The notes under the pieces were generated by a model. It ran no database searches. It was not told the DNA's origin and saw only the letters and a program-made list of their open reading frames with translations. A DNA stretch of 64,000 bases from Betaproteobacteria bacterium. Its GTDB lineage: Bacteria; Pseudomonadota; Gammaproteobacteria; Burkholderiales; SG8-39. The DNA is taken from assembly GCA_005881575.1 (NCBI GenBank), contig VBCA01000001.1, positions 85,611 through 149,610 of the forward strand, in the 5' to 3' direction. Below, in pieces: positions 19,950-30,923 of this stretch. The position numbers and the translations under genes were made by a program. How positions within the stretch are numbered: the first letter of the stretch is position 1; every line of letters starts with the position of its first letter.

Positions 19950-21170
19950 ATGGCAACCGCAGCAGCAGTCGCCAAAGTCAAGGAAGTCACCTACCTTTGG
20001 GAAGGCAAGGACAAGTCCGGCAAGATCATCAAAGGCCAGATGCGCGCGGGCGGCGAGGCCCTCGTCAACGTCACACTGCGCCGCCAGGGAATCGTCGTCA
20101 CCAAGGTCCACAAGCAGCGCCTCGGCAGGGGTGGCAAGGTCAGCGACAAGGACGTGAGCCTCTTTACCCGCCAGATGGCGACGATGATGAAAGCCGGCGT
20201 CCCGCTCCTTCAGTCCTTCGACATCGTCGGCAAAGGCCACGCCAACCCTGCGGTGGCGAGATTGCTGATGGGGATCAAGACCGACGTGGAGACAGGGTCC
20301 TCGCTCGCCTCGGCATTCCGGAAGTACCCGCTTCACTTCGACGCCCTGTACTGCAACCTCGTTGCGGCCGGCGAGCAGGCCGGGATTCTCGAAACCCTTC
20401 TGGAACGCCTTGCGACCTACAAGGAAAAAATCCTCGGCATCAAATCGAAGATCAAGTCGGCCCTGTTCTATCCGATCGCAATCGTTGTCGTTGCCTTCAT
20501 CATCACCGCGGTTATCATGATTTTCGTGATTCCCGCGTTCAAGGAGGTCTTCACCAGCTTCGGCGCCGATCTCCCCGCCCCGACCTTGGTCGTCATGGGG
20601 ATCTCGAACTTTTTCGTCAATTACTGGTACATCATCTTCCCCGCCGTCATCGGGGGCGTATGGGGGTTTTTCGAGCTGTGGAAGCGCTCCGTGCCGGTTC
20701 AGGTGTACATGGATCGGCTGATGCTCAAAGTGCCGGTTTTCGGCGACCTCATCAAGAAATCCACCATTGCACGCTGGACCCGGACGCTCTCCATCATGTT
20801 CGCGGCGGGCGTGCCTCTGGTCGAGGCGCTCGACTCGGTCGGCGGCGCTTCCGGAAATTACGTCTACGCGGTGGCCACCAAGGAAATCCAGAGGAAGGTT
20901 AGCACCGGGACTAGCCTGACCGCCTCGATGCAGGAATCCAACGTCTTCCCCAACATGGTCGTGCAGATGGTGTCGATCGGGGAGGAGTCTGGCGCGCTCG
21001 ATGCCATGCTCGGCAAAGTCGCGGACTTCTTCGAGGCGGAGGTCGACGACGCGGTCGACGCGCTCACCAGTCTGATGGAACCGATGATCATGGTGGTCCT
21101 CGGCGTGCTGATCGGCGGCATGGTGATCGCGATGTACCTGCCGATCTTCAAGATCGGCCAAGCGGTCTAG
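19950..21170 (+). CDS. pilC: Type IV pilus platform protein PilC (T2SS-F family)
   Basis: 406 aa with two GspF-type repeats. AGGAGA ribosome-binding site upstream of the ATG. Confidence 0.9.
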   Translation: MATAAAVAKVKEVTYLWEGKDKSGKIIKGQMRAGGEALVNVTLRRQGIVVTKVHKQRLGRGGKVSDKDVSLFTRQMATMMKAGVPLLQSFDIVGKGHANPAVARLLMGIKTDVETGSSLASAFRKYPLHFDALYCNLVAAGEQAGILETLLERLATYKEKILGIKSKIKSALFYPIAIVVVAFIITAVIMIFVIPAFKEVFTSFGADLPAPTLVVMGISNFFVNYWYIIFPAVIGGVWGFFELWKRSVPVQVYMDRLMLKVPVFGDLIKKSTIARWTRTLSIMFAAGVPLVEALDSVGGASGNYVYAVATKEIQRKVSTGTSLTASMQESNVFPNMVVQMVSIGEESGALDAMLGKVADFFEAEVDDAVDALTSLMEPMIMVVLGVLIGGMVIAMYLPIFKIGQAV

Positions 21171-21199
21171 CATTATTCCCATCGCGCACCTGGGCGAGG

Positions 21200-21230
21200 G
21201 GGTTACGGTCCAGCCGTAACCCTTTTTATT
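21200..21230 (+). terminator. Rho-independent terminator-like hairpin between pilC and pilD
   Basis: GGGTTACGG-tccag-CCGTAACCC is a perfect 9-bp stem, followed by TTTTTATTT. It sits 30 nt after the pilC stop and ends 8 nt before the pilD ATG. Confidence 0.6.
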
Positions 21231-21237
21231 TGATCCG

Positions 21238-22101
21238 ATGAGCGATATTCTCAAAGCGGCCGCCCATCCGACGGTGTTCCCGTGGCTGTGCCTGGTGTTC
21301 GGGCTCGTGGTCGGCTCGTTTCTGAACGTGGTCATTCATCGCTTGCCGAAGATGATGGAGCGCGGTTGGCAGGAGGAATGCGCGGACTTGCGCGGCGAGG
21401 CCATCGCGCCGGCGGAAAGGTTCAATCTTTTCGTTCCGCGCTCGCGCTGCCCGGCGTGCGGCCACACTGTCGCAGCGGTGGAAAACATCCCGCTCGTTTC
21501 CTGGGTGATGCTGCGCGGACGCTGCTCGGCGTGCAAAACGCGCATCAGCCCGCGCTACCCGCTGGTCGAGCTCCTCGGAGGCGCCGGCGCGGCCTGGTCG
21601 GCGGCGCACTTCGGCTTCGGCGTCGCCGCATTCGCCGCGATGGTGTTCTTGTGGTGCATCGTCGCCGCGAGCTTCATCGATTTCGATACCCAGCTATTGC
21701 CCGATTCGATCACGCTGCCGCTCCTGTGGCTGGGACTGCTCGTCAATGCAGGCGGCGTCTTCACCGACCTGCGTTCCGCGGTGATCGGCGCGGCCGCGGG
21801 ATATCTCGCTCTTTGGAGCGTGTACTGGGTGTTCAAGCTCGTGACGGGCAAGGAGGGGATGGGATTCGGCGACTTCAAGCTGCTCGCCGCCATCGGCGCA
21901 TGGTGCGGGTGGCAGGCCTTGCCCCTCACGATCCTGCTGTCGTCCTTCATCGGGGCAGCCGTGGGAATCGTCCTCATGGTTTTTCTCCGGCACGGCCGCA
22001 GCGTGCCGATTCCCTTCGGGCCCTATTTGGGCGCCGCCGGGATCTTCGCCCTGTTCTGGGGACCCCAGATCACCCGCCAATACCTCAACCAGTTCATGTG
22101 A
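21238..22101 (+). CDS. pilD: Prepilin peptidase / N-methyltransferase (A24 family)
   Basis: 287 aa. Cys motif CPACGH...CSAC and aspartyl protease motif GFGDFKLL. Confidence 0.9.
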   Translation: MSDILKAAAHPTVFPWLCLVFGLVVGSFLNVVIHRLPKMMERGWQEECADLRGEAIAPAERFNLFVPRSRCPACGHTVAAVENIPLVSWVMLRGRCSACKTRISPRYPLVELLGGAGAAWSAAHFGFGVAAFAAMVFLWCIVAASFIDFDTQLLPDSITLPLLWLGLLVNAGGVFTDLRSAVIGAAAGYLALWSVYWVFKLVTGKEGMGFGDFKLLAAIGAWCGWQALPLTILLSSFIGAAVGIVLMVFLRHGRSVPIPFGPYLGAAGIFALFWGPQITRQYLNQFM

Positions 22102-22718
22102 ATCCGTACACGGTCGGACTGACGGGCGGCATCGGCAGCGGCAAGAGCGTGGTCGCCGGGCTGTTCGCCAAACGCGGGGTTGCCGTGATCGACACCGACG
22201 AGATCGCTCACGAGCTCACGCGCCCGGGGGGCGAGGCGATCGAGGCGATACGCGCTGCGTTCGGCGCAAGCTTGATCGGCGCGGACGGCGCACTCGATCG
22301 TACCGCGATGCGCAAGCTCGTGTTCGGCGATGCGGCGGCGAGAAAAAAACTCGAGGCAATCCTGCATCCGCTCATACGCAAGGAAAGCGCTCGCCGTCGC
22401 GCGAGCGCGCAGAGCCCCTACGCAATTCTCGTGGCCCCGCTCCTGGTAGAGGGCGGCGTCGACCGATCGCGCTTTGCGCGAGTGCTCGTGGTCGATTGTC
22501 CCGAGGCGCAGCAGATCGAGCGGGCCATGCGGCGAAGCCGCGTATCGGAGACCGAAGTGCGGGCCATCCTTGCCGCGCAGGCGACGCGCGAGCAGCGTCT
22601 CGCCCAAGCCGACGACGTGATCGACAACAGCGGAACACCCGAGGCGCTCGAACGCCAGGTGTCGAATCTGAATGAGAAATATCTCACGCTGGCCGCGCTG
22701 TCCAGGACAACGTCATAG
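22098..22718 (+). CDS. coaE: Dephospho-CoA kinase
   Basis: 206 aa. P-loop GLTGGIGSGKS. The GTG start overlaps the pilD stop (ATGTGA). Confidence 0.9.
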   Translation: MNPYTVGLTGGIGSGKSVVAGLFAKRGVAVIDTDEIAHELTRPGGEAIEAIRAAFGASLIGADGALDRTAMRKLVFGDAAARKKLEAILHPLIRKESARRRASAQSPYAILVAPLLVEGGVDRSRFARVLVVDCPEAQQIERAMRRSRVSETEVRAILAAQATREQRLAQADDVIDNSGTPEALERQVSNLNEKYLTLAALSRTTS

Positions 22719-22810
22719 CGCACGCCCGTTGTCAATTCGCGGCGGATCGGGGAGAATCCGGCGAGGCTCCCCGGGATCAATCGCCTACCCTCCCGGCTGC
22801 GGGTGTCAAG

Positions 22811-23554
22811 GTGATCACCTACGAGTATCCACTCAACGAACGAATCCGGACCCTGCTGCGTCTGGAAGACCTGTTCGAGCGCGCCAATCACTTTGTAACC
22901 GAGGAAGACCCGCGCGCGCACCACGCCGCCCTGATGACGCTGTTTGAGATCCTAGAAGTCGCCGGTCGCGCCGAGCTCAAGTCGGATCTGCTGCAGGAGC
23001 TCGAACGGCAGAAACAGATCCTGCTCGGGTTTCGCAACAACCCCCAAATCGCGGAAGGCGTGCTCCAGCAGGTCATCTCCGACATCGAGCGCTCGAGCGC
23101 GGCGCTCTTCGCGATGACTGGCAAGATCGGTCAGTACCTTCGCGAGAACGATTGGCTGATGTCGATCAAGCAGCGCAGCGGGATCCCCGGCGGGGTTTGC
23201 GAATTCGACCTTCCCTCCTACCATTTCTGGTTGCACCGCGAAGAGGCCAGGCGCGGAACCGATCTCGGCACCTGGATCTCCCCTTTGCTGCCGATCCGCG
23301 ATGCGTCATCCATCGTGCTGAAACTGCTGCGCGAAGGCGGAAAGCCCGTGAAGCACGTCGCACAGCGCGCCGCTTTTTCGCAAATGTTGGGCGGCAAGAT
23401 GTCGCAGATGGTGCGCATCCGGCTGCCGCGCGAATCGCAGTTCATCCCCGAGATCAGCGCAAACCGCTACGCGCTGAACGTCCGCTTCAGCACTTTCGGC
23501 ACACGGGTATGCGAGGCGGACGTCGAGTTCGAGCTGACTTTCTGCAATCTGTAA
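22811..23554 (+). CDS. zapD: Cell division protein ZapD
   Basis: 247 aa with a GTG start. [21 protein letters not shown]. Sits in coaE-zapD-yacG synteny. Confidence 0.9.
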   Translation: MITYEYPLNERIRTLLRLEDLFERANHFVTEEDPRAHHAALMTLFEILEVAGRAELKSDLLQELERQKQILLGFRNNPQIAEGVLQQVISDIERSSAALFAMTGKIGQYLRENDWLMSIKQRSGIPGGVCEFDLPSYHFWLHREEARRGTDLGTWISPLLPIRDASSIVLKLLREGGKPVKHVAQRAAFSQMLGGKMSQMVRIRLPRESQFIPEISANRYALNVRFSTFGTRVCEADVEFELTFCNL

Positions 23555-23558
23555 AACC

Positions 23559-23765
23559 GTGGCCAAGGCGCGCTTCGTGAACTGCCCGCGCTGCGGCGCA
23601 CAGGTGGCGTGGTCGCCCGAGAACCGCTACCGGCCGTTCTGTTCCGAACGCTGCAAGCTGATCGATCTCGGTGATTGGGCGATGGAAAAGTTCCGGGTTC
23701 CGGTGGAGGAGAGCAAGGATGCGCCGGATGAAGAGCAGGATGAAGGATCAGGAACCAGGGATTGA
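23559..23765 (+). CDS. yacG: DNA gyrase inhibitor YacG (zinc ribbon)
   Basis: 68 aa. CPRCG...[13 protein letters not shown]. Confidence 0.9.
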   Translation: MAKARFVNCPRCGAQVAWSPENRYRPFCSERCKLIDLGDWAMEKFRVPVEESKDAPDEEQDEGSGTRD

Positions 23766-23885
23766 TCCTACCCTGCATCCTATCTGTACGGCGCTCGCGC
23801 GTGACGGGTCCCAAACAAACGAGCGCCTCCGCCAGCGATTCGTAGGGTATCTCCATGTGTGGAGGAAGACAACGAAGAGCCCGGA

Positions 23886-24860
23886 TCATCCGGAAGTGCT
23901 CTGGGGTTGTACCCCGATTCCCCAGCTGCCGCGCACCATGGCGATACCGTGTGCGCCGTAGCTCGAAGCTCGCTCAAGATCGCTAGGGGCGATCCCGCCC
24001 AGCGCGTAGACCGGCACCGCAGCGTCCTTCGCGACCTCCCGGAATCTTTCCCACCCGAGCGGCGCAACGTCCGAGTGTGAAGGTGTCGGGCGCACTGGGC
24101 CGAGCACGACAAAATCCGCGCCGAGCGCTTCGGCTCTGCGCAGCTCCTCGCTCGAGTGGCATGAGGCGCCGCACCAAGGGAGATCCGGTCGGTTTGAGGC
24201 ACCGCGCAATTGCTCGGCGGTGAGATGCACGCCGTCGGCGCCGATTTTGCGCGCGAGGTCGGCATCCGAGTTGACGAGGATTTTCGCACCGTGAGCGCGG
24301 GCTAGGGCGGTCACGCGTCGCGCGAACTCCGCCACGACCGGGGGCGCGAGGGTTTTTTCGCGTATCTGGACGAGCTTGAGGCCGCCCCGCAGCCTCGCCT
24401 CGAGCTTCGAGAGAAACAGCTCGACACCGAGCGCGCCGGCGTGCGTGATGGCGTACTCGGAGGGCAGCAGCAAGCTGCGTATCACCGGGGCGTTGGCGGG
24501 CAGGAGCGGCTCGAGCTCGATCGCATCGGGACGCTGCCAGGCGATGGCCTGGTGTTCGACCGCGCGCGGCTCGCCGCGCCACGCCTGGACCCTGTAGAAA
24601 TGCAGGCGCACCGTGGCATGCGGATAGGCGAAGACCCGGGTGATCCAGGGATAAGCGCGCTCGACCTCGACGCCGAGCTCCTCGCGGACCTCGCGCCTGA
24701 GCGCGTCGGGGACCGGCTCGCCCGGCTCGATCTTGCCTCCGGGAAATTCCCAGTAGCCCGAGTAGACCTTGGTTTCGGGACGCTGAGCGAGAAGCACGGC
24801 GCCGTCGGAACGGATCAGCACCGCCACGGCGACGCCCACCGGGGCCGACTTCGTGGACAC
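23886..24860 (-). CDS. Nudix (MutT-like) hydrolase fused to a ThiE/TenI-like TIM-barrel domain
   Basis: 324 aa. Nudix box GGKIEPGEPVPDALRREVREELGV. The C-terminal part of about 200 aa has VQIREK, GADGVHL and VLGPV segments typical of thiamine-phosphate-synthase-like folds. Confidence 0.85.
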   Translation of the reverse strand: MSTKSAPVGVAVAVLIRSDGAVLLAQRPETKVYSGYWEFPGGKIEPGEPVPDALRREVREELGVEVERAYPWITRVFAYPHATVRLHFYRVQAWRGEPRAVEHQAIAWQRPDAIELEPLLPANAPVIRSLLLPSEYAITHAGALGVELFLSKLEARLRGGLKLVQIREKTLAPPVVAEFARRVTALARAHGAKILVNSDADLARKIGADGVHLTAEQLRGASNRPDLPWCGASCHSSEELRRAEALGADFVVLGPVRPTPSHSDVAPLGWERFREVAKDAAVPVYALGGIAPSDLERASSYGAHGIAMVRGSWGIGVQPQSTSG

Positions 24861-24863
24861 CTG

Positions 24864-25748
24864 CTAGCGTCTTGCCTTCGCGTCGCCGGCGTTGCGCCCG
24901 GCGTAGTCGCGCGCGAACTGCCACGCCACGCGGCCGCTGCGCGATCCGCGCAGCAAAGCCCACTGCAGCGCTTCTGCCCGTGCCTTGGGGATCTCGGCTT
25001 CGCTGCACCCGAGCTCGCGCAGCCAGTGTCCCGCGATGTCCAGGTAGGCGTCCTGGTCGAACGGGTAGAAGGAGACCCACAATCCGAAGCGCTCGGAAAG
25101 CGAGATTTTCTCCTCCACCGTTTCGGCGGGATGAATCTCATCGCCGAGGTGCCTGGTCTCGAGATTTTCCTGCATGTACTCGGGCATAAGATGACGCCGA
25201 TTCGACGTCGCGTAGATGAGGAGATTCTCGGAAGTCGCTGCGATCGAACCGTCGAGCACGACCTTGAGCGCCTTGTAGCCCGCGGCCTCCGAGAGCTCGA
25301 ACGACAAGTCGTCGCAGAACAGGATAAACCGCTCTGACCGCCCGGCCACCTGATCGACGATATCGGGGAGATCGATGAGATCGTGCTTTTCCACTTCGAT
25401 GAGGCGCAGGCCTTGGGGGTGGAATTTCTCGAGCACGGCCTTGACGAGCGAGGACTTTCCCGTGCCGCGCGCCCCGGTCAGGAGCGCGTTGTTGGCCGTT
25501 CGGCCTTCGACGAACTGGCGCGTGTTCTGCTCGATCAGCGCCTTCTGGCTGTCGACTCCGTGCAGGTCGGACAGGCGGATGCGGTGCAGATTCGCAACCG
25601 GCTGGATGAAGCCGCGGCGCGAGGTCTTGCGCCAGCGAAAAGCTACGCTCGCCTGCCAGTCCACGGGGCGCGATGCCGGCGGGAGCAGCGTTTCCACGCG
25701 CTCGAGCAAGGCTTCGCCGCGCTTGATCAGTCGTTCGAGCTCGGACAT
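24864..25748 (-). CDS. DUF815-type AAA ATPase
   Basis: 294 aa from MSELERLIKRG. Walker A GARGTGKSS and Walker B FILFCDDLSF. Confidence 0.8.
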   Translation of the reverse strand: MSELERLIKRGEALLERVETLLPPASRPVDWQASVAFRWRKTSRRGFIQPVANLHRIRLSDLHGVDSQKALIEQNTRQFVEGRTANNALLTGARGTGKSSLVKAVLEKFHPQGLRLIEVEKHDLIDLPDIVDQVAGRSERFILFCDDLSFELSEAAGYKALKVVLDGSIAATSENLLIYATSNRRHLMPEYMQENLETRHLGDEIHPAETVEEKISLSERFGLWVSFYPFDQDAYLDIAGHWLRELGCSEAEIPKARAEALQWALLRGSRSGRVAWQFARDYAGRNAGDAKARR

Positions 25749-25756
25749 GGCTCGTC

Positions 25757-26983
25757 CTAGGTCCTGTACTGGGCGTTGATGGTAACGTAATCGTGCGAAA
25801 GGTCGCAGGTCCACACCGTGGTGGTCGCAAGCCCGCGGTTGAGCACGACGCGAACCGTGATCTCGCTTTTTGCCATGACGCGCTTCCCGTCCTCCTCGCG
25901 GTAATCCGGAGCGCGGCCTCCATCTTTCGACACCAGCACCTCGTCGAGGTAAAGCTCGACGCGGCCGACTTCGAGATCGCGCACGCCGGCGTTGCCGATC
26001 GCGGCGAGCAGCCGCCCCAGATTCGGATCGGATGCAGAAAACGCGGTCTTCACGAGCGGCGAGTGCGCGATCGAATAGGCGACGTTCGCACATTCGGTTT
26101 CGGTCCGGCCTTTTTCCACGCGGACCGTGATGAATTTGGTCGCGCCTTCGCCGTCGCGCACGATCGCCTGCGCGAGCCCCTGCGCTACCTCGAGCACCGC
26201 TTCCCGCAACGGCGCGAATCCGGGATGGCTCGGGTCGTCGATCATCGTCCCGCCGCTCGCGCCGGTTGCAATGAGGACGAAGGAATCGTTGGTGGACGTA
26301 TCGCCGTCCACGCTGATGCGGTTGAACGAGCGCGCCGCGGCGTCGGCGAGGAGCTGGCGCAGCGCACCTAGAGCGACCGGGGCGTCCGTCGCGACGAACG
26401 CGAGCAACGTCGCCATGTCGGGGCGGATCATGCCCGAGCCCTTCGCGATCCCGGTGACGGTCACTGCGCCCCCCCCAAGCTGCGCGCGCTGCGACCGGGC
26501 TTTCGGCACCGTATCGGTCGTCATGATCGCCTCGGCCGCCCTCGCCCAGTTGTCCTCGCGCAGGTCGGCGACGCATGTCGGCAGGCCCGCGACGATGCGC
26601 TCCACGGGCAGGAGTTCCATGATAACGCCCGTCGAAAACGGCAAAACCCGGAGGGATTCGCAGCCGACGAGCTTGGCGGCGGCGGCGCAGCTCGCCCTTG
26701 CGCCGGCAATCCCGGCCTCCCCGGTACCGGCGTTGGCGTTGCCGGTGTTGACGAGAAGTGCCCGGGGAAACCCGGAAGCCAAGTGCTCCTTTGCCACCTG
26801 GACCGGCGCCGCGCAGAACCGATTCTGGGTGAACACGCCCGAGACGGACGCGCCCTCCGCAAGCGTCATGAGAAGCAGGTCCTTGCGCCCGGCCCTGCGG
26901 ATTCCGGCCTCGGCGACGCCGAGCTTGACGCCCCTCACGGGCAACAAGTCCTCCGGCCGCGGAGGGTTCAAATTGACAGCCAT
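25757..26983 (-). CDS. argJ: Bifunctional glutamate N-acetyltransferase / amino-acid acetyltransferase
   Basis: 408 aa from MAVNLNPP. Autoproteolysis region [11 protein letters not shown]. Confidence 0.93.
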   Translation of the reverse strand: MAVNLNPPRPEDLLPVRGVKLGVAEAGIRRAGRKDLLLMTLAEGASVSGVFTQNRFCAAPVQVAKEHLASGFPRALLVNTGNANAGTGEAGIAGARASCAAAAKLVGCESLRVLPFSTGVIMELLPVERIVAGLPTCVADLREDNWARAAEAIMTTDTVPKARSQRAQLGGGAVTVTGIAKGSGMIRPDMATLLAFVATDAPVALGALRQLLADAAARSFNRISVDGDTSTNDSFVLIATGASGGTMIDDPSHPGFAPLREAVLEVAQGLAQAIVRDGEGATKFITVRVEKGRTETECANVAYSIAHSPLVKTAFSASDPNLGRLLAAIGNAGVRDLEVGRVELYLDEVLVSKDGGRAPDYREEDGKRVMAKSEITVRVVLNRGLATTTVWTCDLSHDYVTINAQYRT

Positions 26984-27032
26984 ATTCTTCCGGCCATTCT
27001 TCGAAGCGGGCCGCCCGCCGGGCCGCGCCGGC

Positions 27033-29804
27033 TCAAGCCAGTTTGCCGTGACAGTGCTTGTATTTTTTTCCCGATCCACACGGGCAAGGATCGTTGCGGC
27101 CGATCTTGCCCATCTGCCTGACGAAAGGCGCCGGCTTCGACGCCGGGGCCGCTTCCGCCCCCGCTCCGGCGAGGGCCTCTTCATATCCAGCGTGCTGGTA
27201 CTGGACATTTTCGATCGCGGGCAATTGAACTTTTTCCACCTCCTCGACCTGCTCCGGGTTTCGAAGTTCGGCCGTCATGAGCGTGCGCGTCACTTCCAGT
27301 TTGACCGATTCCACGAGGTTCCCGAACAGCTCGAATGCTTCGCGCTTGTATTCCTGCTTCGGGTTCTTCTGCGCGTAACCGCGCAGATGGATTCCCTGGC
27401 GCAGGTGGTCGAGCGCGGCGAGGTGCTCGAGCCAGTGGTTGTCCAGCGTCGAGAGCAGTATGAGGCGCTCCACGTGATGCACGGCTTCCGGCGGATTGCC
27501 AGCCATCTTGCGGCGATAGGCCGCGTGGGCCTCGTCGATTGCGCGCTTGAGCAGCGCGTCGTCGTCCATACCCGGGTCGCTCTCGAGCCACTTCGACAGA
27601 GGCAGCTCGAGCCGGAGCTCGGCGGCGTACACTTTTTCAAGGCCCGGAATGTCCCACTGCTCTTCCATGCTCTCTTCAGGGACGTGGGTGCGCAAGAAAT
27701 CGGTCACCACTCCCTCGCGCAGCGCCGCGATCTGGTCCGAGACGTCCTGCGATTCGAGGATTGAATTCCTCAACTGATAGATTTCGCGACGCTGGTCGTT
27801 CGCGACATTGTCGTATTCCAGCAGTTGCTTGCGGATGTCGAAGTTGTGCGCCTCGACCTTGCGCTGCGCGCTCTCGATCGATCGTGTGACCAGACCGTGC
27901 TCGATCGGCTCGCCCTCGGGCATCCCGAGGCGCTGCATGATGGCGTTGACCCGCTCTCCGGCGAAGATCCGCAGCAGTGGGTCCTCCAGCGAAAGGAAAA
28001 AACGCGAGGAGCCCGGATCGCCTTGGCGGCCGGAGCGGCCGCGCAGCTGATTGTCGATGCGCCGGGCTTCGTGCCTCTCGGTTCCAATGATGTGCAGGCC
28101 GCCCGCCGCGATGACACGGTTGTGCAGGTCCTGCCACTCATGACGCAGCTCGCTGATGCGGCGCTCCTTCTCGGCGGCATCGAGATCGTCCTTCTCTCGC
28201 ACGAGATCGATCTGCTTCTCGACGTTGCCGCCCAAGACGATGTCCGTGCCTCGGCCCGCCATGTTGGTCGCGATCGTGATCACCTTTGGACGCCCGGCCT
28301 GGGCGACGATCTCCGCCTCGCGTGCGTGTTGCTTCGCGTTCAGGACCTGGTGCGCCAACTTGTCCTTCTCCAGCATTCCCGAGATGAGCTCGGAATTCTC
28401 GATCGAGGTCGTGCCAACCAGGACCGGCTGGCCGCGCCCGTAGCAGTCCTTGATATCGCCGATGATCGCTTTGTATTTTTCCGCTACGGTGCGAAAGACC
28501 TGGTCGTTGCGGTCGGCGCGGATCATCGGCATGTGCGTCGGGACGACGACGACCTCAAGCCCGTAGATCTCCTGGAATTCGTAGGCCTCGGTATCGGCCG
28601 TTCCGGTCATCCCCGCAAGCTTGCGGTACATGCGGAAGTAATTTTGGAACGTGATCGACGCCAGGGTCTGGTTCTCGCTCTGGATCGACACGTTCTCCTT
28701 CGCCTCGATCGCCTGGTGCAGTCCATCGGACCACCGCCGCCCCGGCATGAGCCGGCCGGTAAACTCGTCGACGATGATTACCTCGCCGTCCTGGACTACG
28801 TAATGCCGGTCGCGAAAGAAAAGGTTGTGCGCTCTGAGCGCCGCGTTCAAGTGATGCATGAGGTTGACGTACGCAGGTTCGTAGAGACTGCGCCCTTCGG
28901 GCAGTAGCCCCGCGCGGCCGAGGAGCGCCTCGGCGTGCTCGTGCCCGTCTTCGGAGAGCAGTACCGTGTGGTTTTTCTCGTCAACGTGGAAATCGCCTGG
29001 CGCGCCTTCCTTCTCCTGGCGCTTGAGCATCGGCGCCACCTTGTCCATGCGCTGGTAGATCTCGGTGCGGTCCTCGGCCCGCCCGGAAATGATGAGCGGC
29101 GTACGCGCCTCGTCGATCAGGATCGAGTCGACTTCGTCGACGATCGCGTAGTTCAGCTTGCGCTGGAAGCGGTCGCCCATCTGCATCGCCATGTTGTCGC
29201 GCAGGTAGTCGAAGCCGAATTCGTTGTTGGTGCCGTAGGTGATGTCGGCGGCGTAGGCAGATTGCTTTTCGGCGTGCGGCATCTGGGTCAGAATCACCCC
29301 TACCGACAGCCCGAGGAATTTGTAGACTTTCCCCATCCACTCTGCGTCGCGGCTCGCGAGGTAGTCGTTGACAGTGACGATGTGCACGCCGCGGCTAGAG
29401 AGCGCGTTGAGGTACGCGGGCAAGGTTGCAACCAGCGTCTTGCCTTCGCCGGTGCGCATCTCCGAGATCTTCCCGTCGTGCAGGACCATGCCACCGATCA
29501 GCTGCACGTCGAAATGGCGCATGTTGAGCACGCGCTTCGCCGCCTCGCGAACCACGGCGAAGGACTCCGGGAGGAGTTCGAGGAGCGCCGCTTTTTCCGC
29601 CGCGTCGCGTTCCTCTTCGGGAACGCCCTGGACCCTTTTTGCGAAACGCTCCCTAAGCTCGATCGTTTTGGCCCCCAGGCCGTGATCCGGGAGGGCCGCC
29701 ATCGAAGGCTCGAGATCGTTGATCGAACGCACCGACCTGCCGTAGTGCTTGAGCAGCCGATCATTGCGGCTGCCGAACACCGCCTTCAGTACGCGGGAAA
29801 TCAT
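27033..29804 (-). CDS. secA: Preprotein translocase ATPase SecA
   Basis: 923 aa. [11 protein letters not shown] and a DEAD-like motor. C-terminal zinc finger [14 protein letters not shown]. Confidence 0.98.
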   Translation of the reverse strand: MISRVLKAVFGSRNDRLLKHYGRSVRSINDLEPSMAALPDHGLGAKTIELRERFAKRVQGVPEEERDAAEKAALLELLPESFAVVREAAKRVLNMRHFDVQLIGGMVLHDGKISEMRTGEGKTLVATLPAYLNALSSRGVHIVTVNDYLASRDAEWMGKVYKFLGLSVGVILTQMPHAEKQSAYAADITYGTNNEFGFDYLRDNMAMQMGDRFQRKLNYAIVDEVDSILIDEARTPLIISGRAEDRTEIYQRMDKVAPMLKRQEKEGAPGDFHVDEKNHTVLLSEDGHEHAEALLGRAGLLPEGRSLYEPAYVNLMHHLNAALRAHNLFFRDRHYVVQDGEVIIVDEFTGRLMPGRRWSDGLHQAIEAKENVSIQSENQTLASITFQNYFRMYRKLAGMTGTADTEAYEFQEIYGLEVVVVPTHMPMIRADRNDQVFRTVAEKYKAIIGDIKDCYGRGQPVLVGTTSIENSELISGMLEKDKLAHQVLNAKQHAREAEIVAQAGRPKVITIATNMAGRGTDIVLGGNVEKQIDLVREKDDLDAAEKERRISELRHEWQDLHNRVIAAGGLHIIGTERHEARRIDNQLRGRSGRQGDPGSSRFFLSLEDPLLRIFAGERVNAIMQRLGMPEGEPIEHGLVTRSIESAQRKVEAHNFDIRKQLLEYDNVANDQRREIYQLRNSILESQDVSDQIAALREGVVTDFLRTHVPEESMEEQWDIPGLEKVYAAELRLELPLSKWLESDPGMDDDALLKRAIDEAHAAYRRKMAGNPPEAVHHVERLILLSTLDNHWLEHLAALDHLRQGIHLRGYAQKNPKQEYKREAFELFGNLVESVKLEVTRTLMTAELRNPEQVEEVEKVQLPAIENVQYQHAGYEEALAGAGAEAAPASKPAPFVRQMGKIGRNDPCPCGSGKKYKHCHGKLA

Positions 29805-29945
29805 CGAGGAATGACTGCCGTGGAGTGCAAAGGTTCGAAGTTTATCACGCCGGAGCGGCTGCTCCCCGCGACTAGACGGTAACGGGAGCGCGCGGGAAAC
29901 CGCGCGATTGGGATTTCCAGTGCTTGGGCGCGGCCGAGTTGCCGC

Positions 29946-30866
29946 CTAGCGCGCCGTGGCCTGAAGGAATCGGATCGGGTTCTGCGCTACGCTGCGGTAG
30001 CGGACTTCAAAGTGAAGGTGCGGGCCAGTGGCGCGGCCAGTTGATCCGGATTCGGCGATCTTGCTTCCGCGCTGAACTACCTCGCCTTCCCTGACCAGGA
30101 CTCTCGAGCAATGAGCGTAGCGGGTCGTGAAATCGTTGCCGTGGTCGATCTCAACCAGAAACCCGTACTGTGGATGCGGTCCCGAGTAGATCACCACGCC
30201 GCCCGCCGCCGCGAAAACGGGGGTCCCGATATCCACCGGGAAATCCACGCCCTCGTGCATGGCGAGCATGCCGTTGAACGGATCGATGCGCCAGCCGTAG
30301 CTGGACGCGCTATAGGCCGCGTCCACTGGAGGGATGGTCGGCATGAGCTTCTTCTTCACCTTGGCGTCGAACAGCTGCGACTCGAGGATCCCGAGGGAGT
30401 CGCTGCGGTTTTCCATCTGTCTGGAGAGCTGATCGAGCTGCCGGTTGAACTCCGCCATCGAGAGATCCTTGGGAGGAATGCTCGACAGCGCGCCGCCTCG
30501 GCCGGGCGCCTCGTTAAAGCGGAATTCCCCGGGCTTGAGCCCGGCAAGGGTCGACAGGCGCTCGCCAAGCGCGTCCAGGCGCATGAGCTGGGCCTGCATC
30601 TGCCCGAGCTTCACCGCCATCGCGTTCAGGTTTTCCCGCAGGAATTCTTCCGTCTTGCGCCGCTGGGCTTCCTGCGCCGACGAGACCAGCGAATCGAGCA
30701 GCGGAAGCTTGAATTCGGTGGCGTGGCGTACCGTGATCCAGAACAGCGCGAGCGTGAGGCTAAATAAGAGGACCGCCATGAGCAAGGCGCCAGCGATCAG
30801 GTGTCGGTTGGTCAGGGTCCAGGACCTCGACTTCGCCAACTTGCTCGAGACAAGAATAATATGCAT
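29946..30866 (-). CDS. M23-family peptidoglycan DD-metalloendopeptidase with N-terminal anchor and coiled coil
   Basis: 306 aa. HEGVDF and GPHLHFEV are LytM metal motifs. TM segment LIAGALLMAVLLFSLTLALFWI. Confidence 0.85.
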   Translation of the reverse strand: MHIILVSSKLAKSRSWTLTNRHLIAGALLMAVLLFSLTLALFWITVRHATEFKLPLLDSLVSSAQEAQRRKTEEFLRENLNAMAVKLGQMQAQLMRLDALGERLSTLAGLKPGEFRFNEAPGRGGALSSIPPKDLSMAEFNRQLDQLSRQMENRSDSLGILESQLFDAKVKKKLMPTIPPVDAAYSASSYGWRIDPFNGMLAMHEGVDFPVDIGTPVFAAAGGVVIYSGPHPQYGFLVEIDHGNDFTTRYAHCSRVLVREGEVVQRGSKIAESGSTGRATGPHLHFEVRYRSVAQNPIRFLQATAR

Positions 30867-30923
30867 GCTGCCCTCTCCTGGGGCCGCACTCTATAACTAA
30901 CGTAACGTCGTACGCGTACGCCT

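Noticed and set aside
19794-21335. 513-aa minus-strand ORF opposite pilC
   Set aside because: It is antisense to a clearly conserved PilC with a good ribosome-binding site. Its Asp/His/Arg-rich translation has no recognisable domain.
23766-23885. Possible bidirectional terminator or structured RNA between convergent yacG and the Nudix gene (GGCGCTCG...CGAGCGCC nested in TACCCT...AGGGTA)
   Set aside because: The stems are separated by a loop of about 22 nt and lack flanking T/A runs. This is too weak to call without conservation or 3'-end data.
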